A DNA stretch of 64,000 nucleotides, from assembly GCA_002407045.1 (NCBI GenBank), contig DHKB01000048.1, positions 22,585-86,584 of the forward strand, given 5' to 3'. This DNA is from Candidatus Bruticola papionis (GTDB lineage Bacteria > Vulcanimicrobiota > Xenobia > Xenobiales > Xenobiaceae). Positions 58,845-64,000 of the stretch are shown in pieces; the stretch's first letter is position 1; each line of letters opens with the position of its first letter. The position numbers and the translations under genes are program-made. The notes beneath the pieces were generated by a model. The model did not search any database. It was not told where the DNA came from and saw only the letters and a list, made by a program, of their open reading frames with translations.

Positions 58845-59423
58845 TCAAGGCAAAGTTTTTATCACTCGACAAGGGTTACCATAGGCCAGAACATGAGCGG
58901 GAATGTCTTTGGTAACAACGCTTCCAGCTCCTATTACCGTTTTTTCTCCTATAGTAACTCCAGGAAGAACAACAACATTGCCTCCCAGCCACACTCCATC
59001 TTTAATAGTGATTGGCTGGGCGGTTTCTAAACCTTGAAGCCGCTTTTCGCTATCCAAAGGGTGAATAGCGGTATATATTCCGCAATTAGGGCCAATTAAA
59101 ACATTATTACCTATAGTCACAGGGGCGCAATCAAGCACAACACAATTGTAATTTATATAACAATTGCTACCTATGCTGATATTTTCTCCATAATCACAGG
59201 CAAAATGCGCCATTATAGCGTTGTTATCTCCGAAAAACCCGAACAACTTTCGAGCGATTTCAGCAGCTTTTTCACTGTCATTTGGTATATAAGCATTAAA
59301 TTCTTCCACCAAAGACAAAGCTTTACGGCGCCTTCGCAGCAAATCTTCATCAGCTGGGCTATATACCAAACCTGAAACCATTTTTTCAAATTCGGTTAGA
59401 CCGTTTTCTAAGCTATTAGCCAT
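58845..59423 (-). CDS. maa: Maltose/galactoside O-acetyltransferase-like (hexapeptide-repeat, left-handed beta-helix)
   Basis: Mac N-terminal region and hexapeptide repeats (IGSNCYINYNCVVLD.., IGNNVLIGPNCGIYT.., VWLGGNVVVLPGVTIGEKTVIGAGSVV). Confidence 0.8.
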   Translation of the reverse strand: MANSLENGLTEFEKMVSGLVYSPADEDLLRRRRKALSLVEEFNAYIPNDSEKAAEIARKLFGFFGDNNAIMAHFACDYGENISIGSNCYINYNCVVLDCAPVTIGNNVLIGPNCGIYTAIHPLDSEKRLQGLETAQPITIKDGVWLGGNVVVLPGVTIGEKTVIGAGSVVTKDIPAHVLAYGNPCRVIKTLP

Positions 59424-59426
59424 AAT

Positions 59427-61478
59427 TTATTCAGCCTCATCAGTAACAGCTTCGCTCTTTTCCTGAGTTTCATAAACTTTAATAAACTCTTCAAGTTCTT
59501 GGGTAGATAAATAGTTGAAGCCAAAAGCCAAACGCTCAGCCAAAGCGGGCAATTGCTTAGATTCAACTCCTTCAAGCAAGGCGACGTTGTCTTTGCCCTC
59601 TGCATCTCCGTGCTCGGCGGCTTTCTTAAACCACTCTCCAGCGACTTCATAATTTTTATTGACAACTAAACCAGTAAAATAGGCTACACCCAAAGCATTT
59701 TCAGCATTGCTATAACCTTGACCAGCAGCACGACGCCACCATTTCAAAGCCTTTTGATTATTTTGTTCATTGGCCCGGCCATAATAGTAGCAATAACCTA
59801 AGTTGTTTTGGGCAATAGCGTAGCCACTGCGAGCTACATTGTTCCAATGAGTAATGCACTTGCTGAAATTTTTCTGCGTGCCCACGCCTTCGTAGAACAT
59901 GCACCCTAAGGCGTAGTCAGCTAAAATACTTCCTTTGTCAGCAGCTTTATTGAAAAGCTTAAAAGCCGCTTTAGGATTAGCCTTGACACCTTCTCCCAAA
60001 AGATAAGCCGCGCCCAGATAGGCTTGAGCCTCAGTTATATCTTGGTCAGCCGCGCTGCGCAAAAGTTGGGCCGATTTAGCATAATCTTGGGAGACAATCA
60101 CACCACTTCTATAGCACATGGCCAGCTCGTACTGAGCTTCTCCATCTCCTTGATCGGCTGCTTCTGTATAAAGCTCAACGGCGCGGCCCATGTCCTGCTC
60201 TACTCCTTGTCCCAACGCATAGCAACGTCCTAAGCAATATTTAGCCGACGGGATACCGTGCTCGGCAGCTACGCCGTACCAGCGGGCCGCCTCATTGTAA
60301 TTTTGCTCTGTACCTTTACCTTGCTCATAAAGCGAAGCTAGTTGCAACTGCGCTTTAGGGTAATTCTGGGCAGCAGCTTTGGAAAAATATTCGAAGGCTT
60401 TGCGGTAGTCACGCCCCACACCGAAAGCATTTAAATAAGCCCAACCAGCATTGTACTGAGCTCCAGCCAGCCCCTGATCTGCGGCTTCCACAAATAAACG
60501 CGCAGCTTCGCGCGGATTGCGTTGCACGCCCTCGCCATTTTTGTAGCAAACACCCAAGTTATTTTGAGCTTTAGCATTACCACCGGAAGCAGCCCGCTGG
60601 TACCAAGAGAAGGCTTTATTTACATCCTTTTCTACTCCGGAACCAGCGCTATAACACATACCCAAATTACATTGGGCGCTGGCCTCTCCAGCATTGGCGG
60701 CTCTGAAATAAAGTTCGATAGCTTTTTGTTGGTCTTTTTCTACACCCTGGCCCAAATCGTAGCAAACGCCTAAATTGTACATAGCGTTGGGTAACTTCTG
60801 ATTGGCTGCTCGCAAAAACCAAGCAGCAGCCTGTTGATAGTCACGCTCTACACCACGGCCAAAATAGTAGTAACGACCTAAGTTGTTTTGGGCTTCGGGA
60901 ATTCCACCAAAAGCTGCACTTTCGTAATAGCTGGCAGCAGTAGCAAAATTTTGTTCTACGCCGCGGCCATTTTCATAGCAAAGGCCAAGATAATACTGGG
61001 CCAAGTGGTCATCTTGTTCACTGGCTTTGGCTAACCACTCAGCAGCTTTGGCATAGTCAAGTTCTACACCGTCGCCTTTATAGTAGCAACGTCCCAAAAA
61101 GCTCTGTGCCCCCACATGTCCACTTTCAGCTGCTTCAGTAAAAAATTTAATGGCTTTAGGAAAGACCTTCTCGCTGTAATACTGTTGTGCCAACTGGTAG
61201 TTATATTCTGGAGTTCCAGCCGCTGGAGCTGGTTTTTTTTTGCTCGTACTAAGCTGAATTTCTGGTTCATCTTTAGCTGAAAGCAAATTTGGCAAGCAGC
61301 TTTCAGACAGGCAATAGGAAGCTGCCGGTTCAAATGTTTCCACAGCAGGCAATTCTTTGACAGGCTGAGCTTGCGCAGTCCCCACTAAAGCAAGAACCAA
61401 ACAAAAGGTAAACATTCCCCCACTAAATTTATATCTAAAGGGAGATTTGCATATTGTATTTTCCTGTTCTAAATGCAC
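59427..61478 (-). CDS. Secreted Sel1-like repeat (SLR) protein
   Basis: There are more than 12 tandem ~36-aa repeats of the form G.GV..D..KA..W..KAA.QG. A signal peptide (FTFCLVLALVGTAQA) follows a 21-aa N-terminal region. The GTG start is preceded by AGAGG. Confidence 0.8.
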   Translation of the reverse strand: MHLEQENTICKSPFRYKFSGGMFTFCLVLALVGTAQAQPVKELPAVETFEPAASYCLSESCLPNLLSAKDEPEIQLSTSKKKPAPAAGTPEYNYQLAQQYYSEKVFPKAIKFFTEAAESGHVGAQSFLGRCYYKGDGVELDYAKAAEWLAKASEQDDHLAQYYLGLCYENGRGVEQNFATAASYYESAAFGGIPEAQNNLGRYYYFGRGVERDYQQAAAWFLRAANQKLPNAMYNLGVCYDLGQGVEKDQQKAIELYFRAANAGEASAQCNLGMCYSAGSGVEKDVNKAFSWYQRAASGGNAKAQNNLGVCYKNGEGVQRNPREAARLFVEAADQGLAGAQYNAGWAYLNAFGVGRDYRKAFEYFSKAAAQNYPKAQLQLASLYEQGKGTEQNYNEAARWYGVAAEHGIPSAKYCLGRCYALGQGVEQDMGRAVELYTEAADQGDGEAQYELAMCYRSGVIVSQDYAKSAQLLRSAADQDITEAQAYLGAAYLLGEGVKANPKAAFKLFNKAADKGSILADYALGCMFYEGVGTQKNFSKCITHWNNVARSGYAIAQNNLGYCYYYGRANEQNNQKALKWWRRAAGQGYSNAENALGVAYFTGLVVNKNYEVAGEWFKKAAEHGDAEGKDNVALLEGVESKQLPALAERLAFGFNYLSTQELEEFIKVYETQEKSEAVTDEAE

Positions 61479-61542
61479 CTTGCACCTCTATAGCTTCAAA
61501 TAGCTTCGCCCGCAAGCGAGCGTACATTCGGCTTTTTTCGTA

Positions 61543-61941
61543 TCAGCTAATATGGGAAGCGATAAAATCTTCTGCTAAAACAACAGCTGCGTAATCATCA
61601 TAAAGTTCGGGTGGAAAAAGCAAGCTTAAAGGCAAAAAACGTCTCAATCCAGTGGGAGGATGGTCCTGAAAATAACGGAGCCTAGCTCTTTCGGTAGAAT
61701 GGGTTTCGTCAACTACGATAACTTCACACGCCAAGGCTTCTTGTACAATCCGTACAACTTGTGCAGAACCAGTACTTCCACCTACAATGACATGGCTAAA
61801 ATTATACAAGCTGCTTAGTTCAGAGCACAGCCCACCCAACGAAGTAACTGCTAAAACTCTGTGTTCCAGCACCCCTTTATCTGAAGAAACTACAGCAGCC
61901 CCACACTTTTTGCTACCAGGATCTATCGACAAAACTATCAA
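61543..61941 (-). CDS. YqgF/RuvC-like Holliday-junction resolvase family nuclease (putative pre-16S rRNA nuclease)
   Basis: The pattern LSIDPGSKKCGAAV ... VIVGGSTGS ... VIVVDETHSTERARL parallels YqgF (LDxGxKxiGvAv / iVvGlP / DERlST). Confidence 0.55.
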   Translation of the reverse strand: MIVLSIDPGSKKCGAAVVSSDKGVLEHRVLAVTSLGGLCSELSSLYNFSHVIVGGSTGSAQVVRIVQEALACEVIVVDETHSTERARLRYFQDHPPTGLRRFLPLSLLFPPELYDDYAAVVLAEDFIASHIS

Positions 61942-62936
61942 TAGTATGTCCCCTCCCCGTAATTGTGATATTCGGTTTCGGAATTTGCCGAAGATTCTAA
62001 GCTGTGTACTTCAACTCTGATGTCAAGACTGCTGGTCTCGTAAAGATCGCGATTAGCTACCGCCACGACCTCAAATTTGCCATTTTCTTTGTCCATTTCC
62101 TCTTGTAGACGCTCTATATCGGCACTGTTCAGCTCTCCTCCCAGCTCGCCGTCTATAGGACGCATACCTTTAGCAATAGCCTTTCTGCGCGTATCTTCAA
62201 TGAACTTCAAAAATTCTAAAGCAGAACGTTGCTTGTCCATTTCCCGCTTGGAGACAACTTCACCCTCAGAAAAAACTTTACGAACTTTCCAAGATTCTAA
62301 ACGCAGCGGAGCCCTATGCGAATAAAGACAATTCTGAGCAGCCAGTACCCTTAGCCCTATAAATCCTTGCTCTCCAGAAATAGAATTGATTAATTCTTCT
62401 ACCTGTTCGGGATCATAGTCTATAAGAACATCGCTTACGGAAGTAGGCTTATATCCTTTTTCAGCAGCAATCGAGTTGCTGCGCATTATAGTGCGGACAT
62501 TGGCTTCAGCCAGCAAACTAGTTACAGCCGCACGAGTTCGCTCGTAAGATAAACCACCAGGGATAGTCATATGGACTATTGGCTCATCTATACGCCAAAT
62601 AAAAGTACCTTCGGCCAGAGCTTGCTGTAGGGTATCTATATTCTGACGCAATTGTGTCTCCTCGGCACGCAGCTTTTCTAAGCCCACTAGCAAACTGCGC
62701 ACAGGCTCGGAAAGACAAGCAAAAACCGTAAGAGTAATAATCGCAATAGCAACTCCTGTTATGGTAGTTATAAGTATAGAAGTGTGACGCGGGCGCAAGT
62801 GAAGAACACTCATCTTGCGCTTGCCTATTTGGCGCCCTAATTGGTTGGCCAAATAAGCTATACCAGCAGCCACAGCAGCTACCAAAGCATAGACACCAGC
62901 CACCCTAATTATGGTATGCCAAGATAAAAAGTCCAC
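61938..62936 (-). CDS. DUF3084 domain membrane/coiled-coil protein
   Basis: N-terminal TM plus LHLRPRHTSILITTITG, like the DUF3084 motif LRPRNTA, and a coiled-coil. It overlaps the YqgF-like gene by 4 nt. Confidence 0.5.
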   Translation of the reverse strand: MDFLSWHTIIRVAGVYALVAAVAAGIAYLANQLGRQIGKRKMSVLHLRPRHTSILITTITGVAIAIITLTVFACLSEPVRSLLVGLEKLRAEETQLRQNIDTLQQALAEGTFIWRIDEPIVHMTIPGGLSYERTRAAVTSLLAEANVRTIMRSNSIAAEKGYKPTSVSDVLIDYDPEQVEELINSISGEQGFIGLRVLAAQNCLYSHRAPLRLESWKVRKVFSEGEVVSKREMDKQRSALEFLKFIEDTRRKAIAKGMRPIDGELGGELNSADIERLQEEMDKENGKFEVVAVANRDLYETSSLDIRVEVHSLESSANSETEYHNYGEGTYY

Positions 62937-63010
62937 CTTCTATGTTGCTCCACTTTCTAAAGTTCGCTCGACAGTTTCTACCGATTTTTCAAGCGAACAC
63001 AATGTTCGTA

Positions 63011-63997
63011 CTATTTCCTGGAAGCATCAGCCACAAAGCATACTCCAACTATAGCAAATACTATGTTTGGCAACCAAGCAGCTAGCCAAGGAGCGGCCGC
63101 TCCATTTTCTCCCAACATCATACCAATAGTCATGAATACGTAATATAGCAGAATAAAAAACAGCGAAAGTCCAAAACCTATGGAAGTGCTAGTTCTCTGC
63201 GGCCTTAATCCCAAAGGAATAGCAAAAGCTCCAAATACCAGGCAACTCATCGGCAACGAGATCTTCTGATGATACATAACCTTGTATTTATTGCGCTTGC
63301 GATATTCTTCCGGGTTGGTTTTTTCTATCGGAGGTAAAGAATTTAGATAAGATGACAGTTCCTGAGCAGTCATCTCTTCAGGACGCAACTTGCGTTGAGC
63401 CAATTGTTCAGGACTAGCTGGAGATTCACCCTTGCTCATAGCTGTCCAACCTTTACGCCCTTTGGCGCTGTAGCGCTCGTCACCAGTAGCAGGATCGAAA
63501 TCCCTAGCTTCAATATCCAAAACTTCCCAAACTTTCAATTTATCATTCCAGCGAGCCTCTTTAGCATATAATTCGCGTAAACGATTATTATTGCGGAAGA
63601 AATGCACATACACGCCTTTCATCGTTTGTTCATTTACATTGAGCACATGAGCATAAATCATTTGCTCGTCGCCATTAGAAAGTAAACGTGGAGAAGTAAT
63701 TAAAGCTCTCTCGATTTGATCTGGAGCTTGCAACTTTAAAACCATGTTATAAGCTTGTTTAGTAGCCGGAGGAACCCAGTATTGATTTACAGCCAAAGAG
63801 ATCAGAGAAATGAAAAAACAGAAGAAAAAGCCTGGCAGAAAGATACGGAAGAATCCAACCCCGCCAGCTTTCAAAGCGATAATCTCGCTATCCCCAGATA
63901 ATCGACCGTAAGCCATCAACGCGGCCAACAAAGTTGACATGGGGAAGGTCATAATCAGCACGTAAGGAAGGCGATTGAAAAGATACTTGATCACCAT
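63011..63997 (-). CDS. LptF/LptG family LPS export permease (5' end probably beyond window)
   Basis: The YjgP/YjgQ architecture is present: N-terminal TM helices, a periplasmic beta-jellyroll-like middle, and C-terminal TM helices. Confidence 0.65.
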   Translation of the reverse strand: MVIKYLFNRLPYVLIMTFPMSTLLAALMAYGRLSGDSEIIALKAGGVGFFRIFLPGFFFCFFISLISLAVNQYWVPPATKQAYNMVLKLQAPDQIERALITSPRLLSNGDEQMIYAHVLNVNEQTMKGVYVHFFRNNNRLRELYAKEARWNDKLKVWEVLDIEARDFDPATGDERYSAKGRKGWTAMSKGESPASPEQLAQRKLRPEEMTAQELSSYLNSLPPIEKTNPEEYRKRNKYKVMYHQKISLPMSCLVFGAFAIPLGLRPQRTSTSIGFGLSLFFILLYYVFMTIGMMLGENGAAAPWLAAWLPNIVFAIVGVCFVADASRK

Positions 63998-64000
63998 GCC

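Overview
This 64-kb window is a contiguous chromosomal segment from a moderate-GC diderm bacterium. An LptF/G-type permease, a Spy/CpxP-like periplasmic protein, and many classical Sec signal peptides point to an outer membrane. Single-chain pyruvate:ferredoxin oxidoreductase points to an anaerobic or microaerophilic lifestyle. Coding density is high, and no rRNA, tRNA, CRISPR array, or transposase was recognised. Most genes are housekeeping or accessory metabolism: MarR regulator, adenosine deaminase, SuhB, SpeA, AI-2E transporter, M50 protease, endonuclease III, amidase, MBL hydrolase, C-N hydrolase, POT and MFS transporters, HtpG, PFOR, PepF, RicT/PSP1, Maa acetyltransferase, YqgF, DUF3084 protein. 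Three regions stand out. (1) 22.0-32.2 kb holds a tandem array of four large (~780-830 aa) paralogous genes. Each product starts with a GspK-like pseudopilin-type or signal-anchor N-terminus (KRGIVLITTMLTVVLVIMLLSSVVYSN). The N- and C-terminal modules are strongly conserved and the central region is hypervariable, carrying poly-Asp tracts and Cys-rich inserts. Each gene has its own terminator. The array sits divergently next to a giant GH13 amylase that lacks a signal peptide. This is the best candidate for an undescribed surface, pilus-tip or adhesin system. (2) 39.4-48.0 kb is an envelope-signalling island. A divergent sigma-70/ECF-like gene with a long disordered linker is followed by a zf-HC2 anti-sigma gene and then, 3 nt later, a catalytically degenerate ABC-ATPase-like gene. 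This triad is divergently coupled to an exported M48 peptidase and is followed by a canonical ECF sigma / zf-HC2 anti-sigma / Spy-like operon. (3) Two tandem subtilisin (S8) paralogs and the amylase lack Sec signal peptides but share hydrophilic Ser/Asn/Ile-rich N-termini (MI[NS][SN]IG...). This hints at a non-classical export route. All calls come from reading the sequence and from motif knowledge; no database search was possible.
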